Virus record (IMG/VR): IMGVR_UViG_3300048599_000037
Span: 1-38,370 of that record
Length of the DNA stretch: 38,370 nucleotides
Direction: 5' to 3' (one strand)
DNA from: a virus
In this document: positions 8,324 to 16,844 of the stretch, one piece after another
Position numbering within the stretch: the first letter of the stretch is position 1
Layout: each line of letters starts with the position of its first letter
Position numbers and translations under genes: made by a program
The notes under the pieces: model-generated
Told to the model about the DNA's origin: nothing
What the model saw: only the letters and a program-made list of their open reading frames with translations
Databases searched by the model: none

Positions 8324-8910
8324 AATGCATTCCTCTCTAGTTGTTCCTGAAATAAATGTCTCCAGGTTTTATTGTGTTTAATGTCTGCAATTGTTTGTCG
8401 ATGAACTTTGTAGTCATTCGCTATGTCTACCAGTCTATCTCCGCGATTAATTCTAAATTTTATCTGGATGACCTCTGAACTTATAAGTTTAGCAAAACCT
8501 TGATCTTCGCCCTTAGCAGTATTCAATCTACCTAGTTTCTTTGCATGAAGAATGTTTTGTTGTTGGGTAACAATCTCCAGATTTTCAAGGCTGTTATTCG
8601 CTCTGTTTGCATCAATGTGGTTTGTGCATTTTCCAAAAAAATCAGCTTCTCTGTTGAAAAACAGAATAACTGCATGATGCGCTAGAACTGTAAATTTAAG
8701 ATCATCGATTACAAAAACATGGCAAACATATCCTTGCGAGTTCTTGCTTTGAGATAATCTGCGATTTACAGGCTTGTTCATAGCATCATTTCTAGAATGA
8801 TTATGAGAGTATACAAATCCGTCTTTTGTGCAGCTATATAAGCCAAGCTCAAAAGCTTTAATGATTGATTTTCTGTGTTTAAGGTCTTTGACCTTTTTTG
8901 GGTGTGCCAT
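8314..8910 (-). CDS. HNH homing endonuclease with C-terminal HTH
   Basis: AHHAVILFF...CTNHIDANRANNSLENLEIVTQQQN is an HNH (H-N-H/N) core. The C-terminal IANDYKVHRQTIADIKHNKTWRHL is the HTH typical of phage homing HNH enzymes. A sampled line has lower GC (about 33%). Confidence 0.8.
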   Translation of the reverse strand: MAHPKKVKDLKHRKSIIKAFELGLYSCTKDGFVYSHNHSRNDAMNKPVNRRLSQSKNSQGYVCHVFVIDDLKFTVLAHHAVILFFNREADFFGKCTNHIDANRANNSLENLEIVTQQQNILHAKKLGRLNTAKGEDQGFAKLISSEVIQIKFRINRGDRLVDIANDYKVHRQTIADIKHNKTWRHLFQEQLERNALCA

Positions 8911-9205
8911 TTAATAACGATCCTCCAGCTTGTATTACATCAGATTCCGTGCTGGCCGGATCGTCAATAACTTTCTGAAGGTCTTCTGAATTTTCTTTGT
9001 CGATATTTTTTTGATCGGCTTTGTCAGCTTCTTGGTCGATTTCCTCAAGAGCTTTTTCGGCGTACTTAGTTACGAAATATGTAACGATCCAAGTCCAAAC
9101 GCCGCCGGATAATGATAAAAAACGCATGATGAGGCCAACGATCCACTTAACCCCTGCTGATTTCACTAGTGATGAAACTAAGTCAGAAAGCTGGCCCCAA
9201 TTCAT
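8879..9205 (-). CDS. Small membrane protein, holin-like
   Basis: Two hydrophobic segments (VKWIVGLIMRFLSL, GGVWTWIVTYFVT) are followed by a highly charged C-terminal tail. Confidence 0.4.
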   Translation of the reverse strand: MNWGQLSDLVSSLVKSAGVKWIVGLIMRFLSLSGGVWTWIVTYFVTKYAEKALEEIDQEADKADQKNIDKENSEDLQKVIDDPASTESDVIQAGGSLLNGTPKKGQRP

Positions 9206-9206
9206 A

Positions 9207-9512
9207 TTAGCCTACTTTGCCATCGATAGAATCTTCAAGCTTTAACACAGCTGCTTTGAAAGCTGGTTGGAAGTGTTGAAGAATCATAGTTGCGATACCG
9301 TCGAATTGATCGCCCGGGATAGCTTTTTTAAGAGCTTCTAAACCTGCATCAAAACCTTTGTCGAAATATTTTTCAGTTAATGCAACAACAACGTCTTCAA
9401 CGTTATCCATAACAGTGTCGCCTTCTTTTTCTTTTGCTAAAGCTGTAACGGCAGTTTGAACCACTTCGCTAACACCAGCTAAATTTTGCATTAAATCATT
9501 TTCTTCTGACAT
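9207..9512 (-). CDS. Hypothetical acidic protein
   Basis: Packed in the operon. No motif recognised. Confidence 0.6.
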   Translation of the reverse strand: MSEENDLMQNLAGVSEVVQTAVTALAKEKEGDTVMDNVEDVVVALTEKYFDKGFDAGLEALKKAIPGDQFDGIATMILQHFQPAFKAAVLKLEDSIDGKVG

Positions 9513-9525
9513 TTGTGTCTCCTAG

Positions 9526-9849
9526 TTATTTGCCTGAATTGGCGTTGTTTTCTGAAATTTGAACAAAAGCTTGGATAAGAGATTGAATGTCACCTTTATC
9601 CACGCTGATCGGTCTTTGATCGGTTCTTAGATGTTTTAGATCTGATTGAACTACGATTAAAGACTCTGTGATCTTTTTAATATTTTCGGCCATGTCTTTG
9701 TAAATTGTATCTTCAAGGTCTTTGACCTTTTCTTTCAAATTTTCAACATCAGACTTAGTTCCTGAAAAATACATCGTCACGACTACAACAGTTCCAACGA
9801 TGCTTATGGCCGAAATTAAGAGTGCAAGTCCTGTGTTGATTTCACCCAT
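9526..9849 (-). CDS. N-terminally anchored coiled-coil membrane protein (i-spanin-like topology)
   Basis: A single N-terminal TM segment (GLALLISAISIVGTVVVVTMYF) is followed by a charged coiled-coil. Confidence 0.45.
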   Translation of the reverse strand: MGEINTGLALLISAISIVGTVVVVTMYFSGTKSDVENLKEKVKDLEDTIYKDMAENIKKITESLIVVQSDLKHLRTDQRPISVDKGDIQSLIQAFVQISENNANSGK

Positions 9850-9850
9850 G

Positions 9851-10051
9851 TTACACCGGGTGAATTAGTGATGATTTTTGCTCTTGAACCTGAGCTTCTG
9901 GAGAGTTGCAAGCTGCTACAATGGCATCAATCCAAGCATGACATTTCTTGTATGGTAGCTCTGCAATTAAATCCAAAAGTTCTGTGACTTGAGACTCTTT
10001 AAAAGTTAAAGAATATTTCTTTTCCTGTGGTGCTTGTTCTGCTGTTTGCAT
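9851..10051 (-). CDS. Hypothetical protein downstream of the tail fibre (possible fibre assembly factor)
   Basis: 66 aa, lying immediately after the fibre gene. The call rests on position only. Confidence 0.45.
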   Translation of the reverse strand: MQTAEQAPQEKKYSLTFKESQVTELLDLIAELPYKKCHAWIDAIVAACNSPEAQVQEQKSSLIHPV

Positions 10052-10065
10052 TTGTTCTCCTGTTA

Positions 10066-12024
10066 TTATCTAACGCGTAAAATAGTTAGATATCTATTTG
10101 TGCTCGTAAGTGTTCCATTTGTTGTTTTCCATCTAACTTCAATGGCCTGTGATCCGTTAACTGTAACTTCCGCCAAAATATTTGTCGGGAATGGAAATTT
10201 AATCGAGGGTGTAAGGCCTGTTTGAAATTGAGGAGCAACATTGATTTCACTCTCAGTTTCTTTAACTCCGCCCGCATAAACTGAAGCTGTGCCGATAGCG
10301 TTATTAGTATTGTGAGAGAAAGTTGTGTTGAAATTTACTTGATAAGTTCCAGCTGGAGGCGTGATCGTGAAGCCAGTCATTAAAACGTCTGCCGCTGAAG
10401 TTGTTGTTAAAGCTCCAGAAGATTTAATTCTTGTAGTGACAGGTTGCAATGCTGTTGGAGTAACAGAAGTTACGCGACCTTTTGCGTCTGTTGTAATAAC
10501 TGGAATTAAGATTGCGCTTCCGTAAGTTCCAGCAGTTCCCGCATTGATTAAATCAAGTGTTGGATTTCCTGCGATACCATCACCATTTGAAACAGAAATG
10601 TTTGAAGCTGTTCCAGCAATCGTTCTGCCTGCGTAAGTATTTGTTGCGGTCTTTACTAAAATTCCAGTCCCGGCAAAAGCTGCAATCGCTGTTAATTCAG
10701 ATGAAAGCGGCTGTTTTGCTGCAAGATCCGAAACTAAATTTGTTACTTGTGATTGAGCTATTTGAATTGAAACAGATCCAGCGTTCGTTAATTGGCCTTT
10801 TGCATTTACTGTAAAAGTTCCAACAGTTGAAGCCGAGCCATAAGCACCAGCGCCAACACCAGTTCCGTTTAATGTAAGAACACCAGCGTTTGACAATGAA
10901 GCGTCACCAGTTAAAGCCTGTGGAGTCGCTACACCGCCGCCAGAGCCAACATAAATTTGCGCCGATGGAAGAGCAGGAGAAAGTTTTCCGTTAAATGTAG
11001 CCCAATCAGCTGGCGTTAAAAGGCCACGATTAGAAGCTGAAGAAGAAGGAATATTAAAAGTATGTACGCCAGACGATGAATTGATTGCAAAATCACTCCC
11101 TGCTGATCCAGCTTGTAAAGTTTGAGCCGCTTGAGTTTGCGCGTTAATCGAAACTACTGCCGCAGTTAAGTAGGCAACAGTTGATCCAGAAGTCGCGCGC
11201 CCTTTTGCATCTACCGTCACATTATTGTAAGTGCCCGGCACAACAGTTGTATTTGTTAAAGTTGGATCTGGATAAGTACCAGTTAAATCTCCACCTGCTG
11301 ATCCAGTCGGAGTCCTGGCATTTGTTAACCTTGTGTCATCACCTTTAACAACTTCGCCAGTTGCGGCGTCGCCAGAAGAAGGCACGTTAAAAGTCGCAGA
11401 AGATCCAAGTCCAAGATTTGATCTTGTAGTTGAAGAATTTGCAAGAGTAAGAAGCCCAGTATTTGAAATGGTAGCGTCACCAGAAACAGTTTGTTCAGCG
11501 GCGACGTTTGAAATATTACCAATGAAAACTTTTCCATTTGCTAAAACCTGATTAAGTGGGGTGTAAGTTAAAGCAGATGTCACATCAGATGAGCTTAACT
11601 GAGTTCCAGCTGTAGCTCTTCCTTTTGTGTCTACTGTAATTTTCGTGTACGTACCGGCTCCAACGCCAGTATTTGCCAAAGTTAATGCGCCAGTGTTTGC
11701 CAGTGTCGCGTCTCCTGACATGGCCACAGCTGCCGCAATGTTTGAACCGTTACCAACAAGAATCAACGATGATGCTAACGCAGAAGAAAGTTTATTATTA
11801 AAAGTTGTAAAGTCAGCCGCAGAAACATAACCGTTTGTCCCGGTGTCTGCTTTTGAAATGCTGATTGTTCCAGTCATTGAGTTGTAAGTAATGGGCGCTT
11901 GAGTATTCAAAGCACCAACACCGATTTTTTGATCTAGTGCAAATTGAAGGTCAGTCTGATTCGAAAGTGAACCGCTGATTTGTCCCCAAATTGTAGAGCC
12001 CGGAATATTAATCGTTGCGCCCAT
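10066..12024 (-). CDS. Tail fibre protein with repeated modules
   Basis: At least four copies of the module SGDA(T/S)L(A/S)N(T/A)G.LTL ... G(T/A)Y..(I/V)TVD(T/A)KGR(A/V)T(A/S). Also ...TRSNLGLGS... and GDDTRLTNART..., all typical phage fibre motifs. Confidence 0.85.
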   Translation of the reverse strand: MGATINIPGSTIWGQISGSLSNQTDLQFALDQKIGVGALNTQAPITYNSMTGTISISKADTGTNGYVSAADFTTFNNKLSSALASSLILVGNGSNIAAAVAMSGDATLANTGALTLANTGVGAGTYTKITVDTKGRATAGTQLSSSDVTSALTYTPLNQVLANGKVFIGNISNVAAEQTVSGDATISNTGLLTLANSSTTRSNLGLGSSATFNVPSSGDAATGEVVKGDDTRLTNARTPTGSAGGDLTGTYPDPTLTNTTVVPGTYNNVTVDAKGRATSGSTVAYLTAAVVSINAQTQAAQTLQAGSAGSDFAINSSSGVHTFNIPSSSASNRGLLTPADWATFNGKLSPALPSAQIYVGSGGGVATPQALTGDASLSNAGVLTLNGTGVGAGAYGSASTVGTFTVNAKGQLTNAGSVSIQIAQSQVTNLVSDLAAKQPLSSELTAIAAFAGTGILVKTATNTYAGRTIAGTASNISVSNGDGIAGNPTLDLINAGTAGTYGSAILIPVITTDAKGRVTSVTPTALQPVTTRIKSSGALTTTSAADVLMTGFTITPPAGTYQVNFNTTFSHNTNNAIGTASVYAGGVKETESEINVAPQFQTGLTPSIKFPFPTNILAEVTVNGSQAIEVRWKTTNGTLTSTNRYLTILRVR

Positions 12025-12027
12025 CGT

Positions 12028-12399
12028 TTAAACCCCTTTACCGTTAAAATCGAATCTTGTAATTGTTCCAGCTCCAGAAGTTCTATCGTAGCGTGGACGA
12101 ATCCAGCGATGACCAGAAGAAAGAAAGTTGTAAATCTGATCACCAGCTCCATTCACATTTAATAATGTGCCTGTGTCTGTTGACCAAGAATCAGCAGGAA
12201 CGTCCTCTGGACGATTTACGTTTGCATTTGAAATTTCAATATACAAAATTCCAACCGGAACTGGTGCTCCGGCTGACCATTTTGCGACAATTGAAAACGC
12301 AATTAGAGAGCTACAATCTACGGCAGCTCCAATAAGACTTGCAGCCATACTTTTTGAGTTTGGAAAAAAATCATCAATTCCTACTGGTGACATTCTCAT
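12028..12399 (-). CDS. Small virion-associated protein, distant paralog of 16143..16520
   Basis: Shared blocks WS(A)GAPV..G...EISN and (H/F)(R/K)WI..(R/K)Y...SG(A/S)G..T.F..N. It sits directly upstream of the fibre gene. Confidence 0.6.
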   Translation of the reverse strand: MRMSPVGIDDFFPNSKSMAASLIGAAVDCSSLIAFSIVAKWSAGAPVPVGILYIEISNANVNRPEDVPADSWSTDTGTLLNVNGAGDQIYNFLSSGHRWIRPRYDRTSGAGTITRFDFNGKGV

Positions 12400-12408
12400 T
12401 GTAAACTC

Positions 12409-13323
12409 CTAAGGTGTGTAAGATCCATTAGCTGTGAATGTTAGAATTGTGTCGCCTCCACTTGTTGTAATGGAAGGAGATCCTGTAAAAATTGCAGAGT
12501 ATTGAGCTGTCGCAACTCTAATAATCGCAACGCCAGATCCACCAGTTCCACCAGCAGCTGCATCGCCACCGCCACCGCCGCCACCGCCGCGTCCATTAGT
12601 TCCAGATCCTCCGGGATTTAAATTTGATCCACCATTACCACCAATGCCAGAACCACCAGCGCCTCCAGTTACAGAAGATCCTGTTCCGTCATAACCGCCA
12701 CCGCCGCCACCGCCAGCATAAACTAAAGATGCTCCAGAAATTGAGGATGCCAAACCAGCACCACCGCCACCGCCGACAGGAACTCCACCACCAGACACTC
12801 CTCCAGAGCCAACTCCGCCACGGCCACCGCCGCCACCACCAGCACCTTTGTTGCTTGTGAAGGCTGCGTTTCCTCCGTTGTTTCCTTGTCCACCAATACC
12901 AGCGCCACCGACTCCGCCACCGACTCCTAGAGCACCAGCACCACCGCCAGATCCTCCTGATTTTCCATTGACGCCGCCGCCTCCGGGATTAGATCCACCG
13001 CCACCACCGCCAGTTGCTGTTGCTATACATGAGATTGCAGAATTTCCACCGTTAGTTCCATTGGCAGTTCCGCTTCCGCCACCACCACCAGCACCGATTG
13101 ATACAGTACAAACTACGCCAGCCGCTAAAGAGGTTGTCCCGGTAAGCATACCGCCACCACCGCCACCACCACCATTTGCACCACCGCCACCGCCGCCAGC
13201 AACGATTAAATATTGCGCTGATATTCCAGACGGTGCTGCATTTTTCCAAAATGAAAATGGAAAAACAATTGCAGCGCTTGACGTTTGAGAAAATAAAAAT
13301 ATTAATGCTGTTAAAAATTTCAT
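12409..13323 (-). CDS. Glycine-rich repeat protein with N-terminal signal peptide
   Basis: I place the start at ATG 13323 (MKFLTALIFLFSQTSSAAIV...), 2 nt after the upstream stop. The body opens with YLIVAGGGGGG, continues through long GGN repeats and ends with GGSGVAIIRV, like the glycine-rich domain proteins seen in phage tail modules. Confidence 0.7.
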   Translation of the reverse strand: MKFLTALIFLFSQTSSAAIVFPFSFWKNAAPSGISAQYLIVAGGGGGGANGGGGGGGGMLTGTTSLAAGVVCTVSIGAGGGGGSGTANGTNGGNSAISCIATATGGGGGGSNPGGGGVNGKSGGSGGGAGALGVGGGVGGAGIGGQGNNGGNAAFTSNKGAGGGGGGRGGVGSGGVSGGGVPVGGGGGAGLASSISGASLVYAGGGGGGGYDGTGSSVTGGAGGSGIGGNGGSNLNPGGSGTNGRGGGGGGGGDAAAGGTGGSGVAIIRVATAQYSAIFTGSPSITTSGGDTILTFTANGSYTP

Positions 13324-13324
13324 A

Positions 13325-14209
13325 TTAAAAATCCTGCACATAAGAACCGTAAACAAATGTTCCATCGTAATAAAAAGTATATACATCAGATTTTGCACCA
13401 ACCGTCATCGTCGGAGCTGTACCGCCAGACCATTTAAGTGTTGCCGAATTTGGCCATGTCACAGTGTAATTTGAAGCCGTATTGGTAAGTCTAACAACAA
13501 TCGTTTTTCCGGATTCAAGATTTGAAAAAGTAAAAGTGCTATTTGCCGCAAGAGTTTTGGTGAAAGAAGCCGCAGCTGCCCAATTTATATCTAGTGCCGC
13601 AATACTTTGAACGGAGTACATCCCGACCCAAACTGGAGTTGTCCCAGATGCAGCCAGTATTTGTCCATTAGACGGAACATTTGTAGTAACAACTTTAGAT
13701 CCGTCCATATAAAGAACAGTTCCAGCAGAAACTCCAAGTGATCCATTATTTGTACCACCGCGTGCAATTGGGAACACACCACTTGTGATATTTGATGCAT
13801 CCATCGTGGCACCCGTGATAGAAGCCCCACTAATTGAACCACCTGTGAATGTTGTCAAGGTGATTAACGTACTTGTAATCGATCCACCAGAAAACGCAGT
13901 TCCAGAAACTATTCCGCTATCAAAAACAGATCCAGTAATTGATGCACCATTAATGTCTGATGCAAAAATATCTGTTCCACTGATAGAGCCATTTAAAATA
14001 GTTGCTCCACTCACTAGAGGCGTTAAAATAGTTTTATTTGTTAATGTCTCAGCTCCATCAAGTGTTGATAAAGATCCTGCATAATTTGGCAAAGTAATAA
14101 TTGCGCCAGCAGGTCCTGTCACTCGCTTAAATCTGTCAGCATCAATTGTTCTTGATACCTGAGCAAATGCCGTTGTTGCTAAAAGCAATGTTAATAAAAA
14201 CGTTTTCAT
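13325..14209 (-). CDS. Fibre-like beta-repeat protein with Sec-type signal peptide
   Basis: MKTFLLTLLLATTAFA-QV is a signal peptide with an AxA site. The body carries G(G/A)SI(S/T)G(A/T) repeats and the fibre motif FPIARGGTNNGS. Confidence 0.7.
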   Translation of the reverse strand: MKTFLLTLLLATTAFAQVSRTIDADRFKRVTGPAGAIITLPNYAGSLSTLDGAETLTNKTILTPLVSGATILNGSISGTDIFASDINGASITGSVFDSGIVSGTAFSGGSITSTLITLTTFTGGSISGASITGATMDASNITSGVFPIARGGTNNGSLGVSAGTVLYMDGSKVVTTNVPSNGQILAASGTTPVWVGMYSVQSIAALDINWAAAASFTKTLAANSTFTFSNLESGKTIVVRLTNTASNYTVTWPNSATLKWSGGTAPTMTVGAKSDVYTFYYDGTFVYGSYVQDF

Positions 14210-14706
14210 TATTGATTTCTCCCTGTTTCGATTAATTCAGTTCCATCCCAAAACATTTCAACTGTTTTACCAGCTCCTAATACTACTGGGCCATTGATAC
14301 CATCGCTGATTTCAACAGTATTAGTGTCGTCTGTTCCTATTAGCATTAGTCTTTGCCCTGTAAATCCTGCATTTGTAATTTGTGATCTGGTTAAAACTGT
14401 TGGACCCGGAACTCCACCAGCATTTCCAACAACAAACACTTGAATTTCTCCAAAAGTGTTTTTAGAAGTTAAATCAATTACTGCATCAACCTCTAATGGA
14501 GCTGCCTTGGTTGCAATAATGCCAGGTCTAATAAAGACTCCAGCAACTAATGCAGCTTGAAGATTTGTAATAAATGTTTCAAGAGTTCCACCAGTAAGTG
14601 CAACGTAAACTTTGACTGCATTCAAAAGATCTGCAACTGTTCCACCGTCTGTTACTATTTCCGCTTCCGTCTTGAAATCATCATTGATTAATTGACCTTT
14701 AGCCAT
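14209..14706 (-). CDS. Hypothetical virion or tail-associated protein
   Basis: Start coupled to the upstream stop. Good SD (AAGGAG). No motif recognised. Confidence 0.65.
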   Translation of the reverse strand: MAKGQLINDDFKTEAEIVTDGGTVADLLNAVKVYVALTGGTLETFITNLQAALVAGVFIRPGIIATKAAPLEVDAVIDLTSKNTFGEIQVFVVGNAGGVPGPTVLTRSQITNAGFTGQRLMLIGTDDTNTVEISDGINGPVVLGAGKTVEMFWDGTELIETGRNQ

Positions 14707-14719
14707 TTTTTAATTCTCC

Positions 14720-15823
14720 TTAAATATGATAGTGAAATCTTAGTTGTGATCCATCTGCTGCTACCGACTCAAATCCTAAACCATTCCACTTGATAACATT
14801 TCCTTCAACGATAAAGTCATCTTCGTAAATTTGATAACCTGCTGATTTTGTATCGAATAAAACTTCTGTTGGATTTTTTGGTGTAAATTCTAATTGCAAT
14901 TGCTTCGCATCAACTTGATCTTGAGTCAAAGTGATGTATTCAGTTTGCTCTGAGCTTGCATAAACATAAAAATAAACAACGCTAATTGATTGACTGAAGT
15001 TTGGTTCAAATCCAGCGTTAAAAACAACGTTTTTACCCATCATTGTGTATTGATTATCAGGAACTCTTCGTCCATTTTTTAAAACTAAAATTGAAGTTGG
15101 TTCGTTTGCATTAAATCGCATTGGACCAAAAACCAAGTTTGAATTATTGGATAATCCTTTTAGTTTTTCTTGTGAAACTTTTAAAGCTGTTCCACCATCT
15201 TGATAAAAGAATGAAACGTTTTGAGCTGGCGTAGGAGCCGCACCAATATTGAATTGAACTTCATTGTCTGATTGATCGAATGAAAAATCTGATTTAGGAA
15301 CAAATCCGCCATCTATGACAGCGCAAACGGAAGCAGGATCAATTGGAATACCAGCAAGAGTATAATTAGGTCCAGATCCTACAGCAGTTTCTAAAGCAAA
15401 AGTAACTCCGTTTAATCCTGTTGCAATATAGAAAGCCACCACAGAATTTAAAACAACTCCGCCAGTAATATCGACTGAATTTGTTCCAACGTTATAAGTA
15501 TAAAAAGAAGGATCATTTGGTAAAAACTGACCACGAACAGAAACGAAAACCTGAGATCCATTAAGGGGAGTTGCAATCAATGGAAAGTTTACTTGTGCTG
15601 CTGTTGCTAAATACTCTTCCTGCTCTAAATATCCTGTCAAAATTGGAGGAGCATTAGTTGCAGAAATCTCAATTGTATTTCCAACTTGAAGCATCGAAAT
15701 ATTAGCACCTGAAATTAACTGAACTGGATCAGTAATAGCTGGATTACCATCTGCTCTGATAGAGAAGTTATTAACAAACTGTAAAATACCTTCTAATGCG
15801 TTTAATATAACCTTCAATTTCAT
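14720..15823 (-). CDS. Putative tail spike or fibre-related structural protein
   Basis: 367 aa with a beta-rich composition, located in the fibre operon. Position and composition only. Confidence 0.55.
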   Translation of the reverse strand: MKLKVILNALEGILQFVNNFSIRADGNPAITDPVQLISGANISMLQVGNTIEISATNAPPILTGYLEQEEYLATAAQVNFPLIATPLNGSQVFVSVRGQFLPNDPSFYTYNVGTNSVDITGGVVLNSVVAFYIATGLNGVTFALETAVGSGPNYTLAGIPIDPASVCAVIDGGFVPKSDFSFDQSDNEVQFNIGAAPTPAQNVSFFYQDGGTALKVSQEKLKGLSNNSNLVFGPMRFNANEPTSILVLKNGRRVPDNQYTMMGKNVVFNAGFEPNFSQSISVVYFYVYASSEQTEYITLTQDQVDAKQLQLEFTPKNPTEVLFDTKSAGYQIYEDDFIVEGNVIKWNGLGFESVAADGSQLRFHYHI

Positions 15824-16143
15824 TACGTCACCACGGCTTTTTGGAAATCGCCATCAATGTCATAAGTAATTGTCATCAACTGAACATTTGCGCCAAGAAG
15901 TTTTGATTGAATTGTTAAAGGTCCGTTTGCACCTTTTGTCAAAACTGTTAATTGATCGTAAGGAAGAGAAAATAACGTGTTTTTTCTAACTACGTTTGCA
16001 GATCCATCGGCATTAAAAGTTTGAAGATTAGTTCCGTCAGTTGGTTGAACAAACCATGGAGTGGCCGGATTTCCCGGAGCGCCTTGATTTGCTGTTACTG
16101 TGGTTGCGCCGCCGCCTTGTGGAGGCCAGAAAAATTGTGCCAT
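15823..16143 (-). CDS. Hypothetical structural protein
   Basis: ATGA/TAATG coupling on both sides. G/P/T-rich N-terminus. Confidence 0.6.
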   Translation of the reverse strand: MAQFFWPPQGGGATTVTANQGAPGNPATPWFVQPTDGTNLQTFNADGSANVVRKNTLFSLPYDQLTVLTKGANGPLTIQSKLLGANVQLMTITYDIDGDFQKAVVT

Positions 16144-16520
16144 TATCCACCTACCATTTTGTTATTCATGAAAACAGTTAAAGCGCCAGATCCAGAAGAG
16201 AAAACGTATTTAACCGCAATCCATTTAAAAGGAATCTGATTGATCGAAACAAGGTGATTTGTTTCAGTCGCATCAATTTCAATTGTTGCGCCGAAATCTA
16301 ATTTTACGAAATCATTAGCGCTTAATTGCTCTTTTATTTTTGCAGAATTTGAAACGTAAATTTCAAACTGTCCAACTGGAGCACCTGACCATGCTAAAAT
16401 AATCCCGATGTTATCCATGAAGTTTACTTCTGTTGGATCGGCAAAATTATCAACGTCAGTAACTAGAGTGTTATTTGTGAATTGTTTGACTATATAATTG
16501 AGCGTGTCCTTACGAGCCAT
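16143..16520 (-). CDS. Small virion-associated protein, distant paralog of 12028..12399
   Basis: See 12028..12399. The C-terminal FKWIAVKYVFSSGSGALTVF aligns with HRWIRPRYDRTSGAGTITRF. Confidence 0.6.
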   Translation of the reverse strand: MARKDTLNYIVKQFTNNTLVTDVDNFADPTEVNFMDNIGIILAWSGAPVGQFEIYVSNSAKIKEQLSANDFVKLDFGATIEIDATETNHLVSINQIPFKWIAVKYVFSSGSGALTVFMNNKMVGG

Positions 16521-16785
16521 AAGATTCCTTTACTGAAACATTTCGGTAATACCATTTACCTGTCGAAATGAATCGTTCAACGCCTCCCAATTGAAGGGCA
16601 TTGTTAATAGTCCTGTTGTTGTAGGGACTTTTGTTTAATTTCAGGATTTTGTAAATTGCGTCTTGGACTTTTCCGACTTGAGTGCGTTCTGAAGACTTTT
16701 CAGTTACCGCATGAAATGCCTTTAATATTAGATCATTAAGAGCTTCGCGCTTTTTTAATTCTTCATTAATTTGATCTAACATCAT
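16510..16785 (-). CDS. Hypothetical protein, first gene of the leftward late operon (possibly winged-helix-like)
   Basis: SD GGGGA lies before ATGATG. I am not confident of any motif. Confidence 0.55.
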   Translation of the reverse strand: MMLDQINEELKKREALNDLILKAFHAVTEKSSERTQVGKVQDAIYKILKLNKSPYNNRTINNALQLGGVERFISTGKWYYRNVSVKESYGS

Positions 16786-16844
16786 TATCCCCGCTGATTG
16801 GCTTTAATCGCTTGATAGCGAAAGGCATTTATAAACGGTTAGAT

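Noticed and set aside
8931-8939. Fifth copy of TGTATTACA inside the coding sequence of 8879..9205
   Set aside because: It is isolated and has none of the conserved flanks (ACACC / AATT...) seen at the intergenic sites. It is probably a chance occurrence of an AT-rich 9-mer.
10066-12024. Repeated modules in the tail fibre as a diversity-generating retroelement target or template pair
   Set aside because: No reverse transcriptase gene is present in the genome. The repeats are divergent protein-level modules, not a near-identical TR/VR pair with adenine-specific differences.
12848-13288. 146-aa proline-rich ORF on the plus strand, plus other ORFs at 12624..12860, 12723..12920 and 13052..13249
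   Set aside because: These are reverse-complement or frame-shifted shadows of the GGN-repeat gene (GGN read backwards gives NCC, which encodes Pro). They have no SD, and they sit inside a gene that fits the operon spacing exactly.
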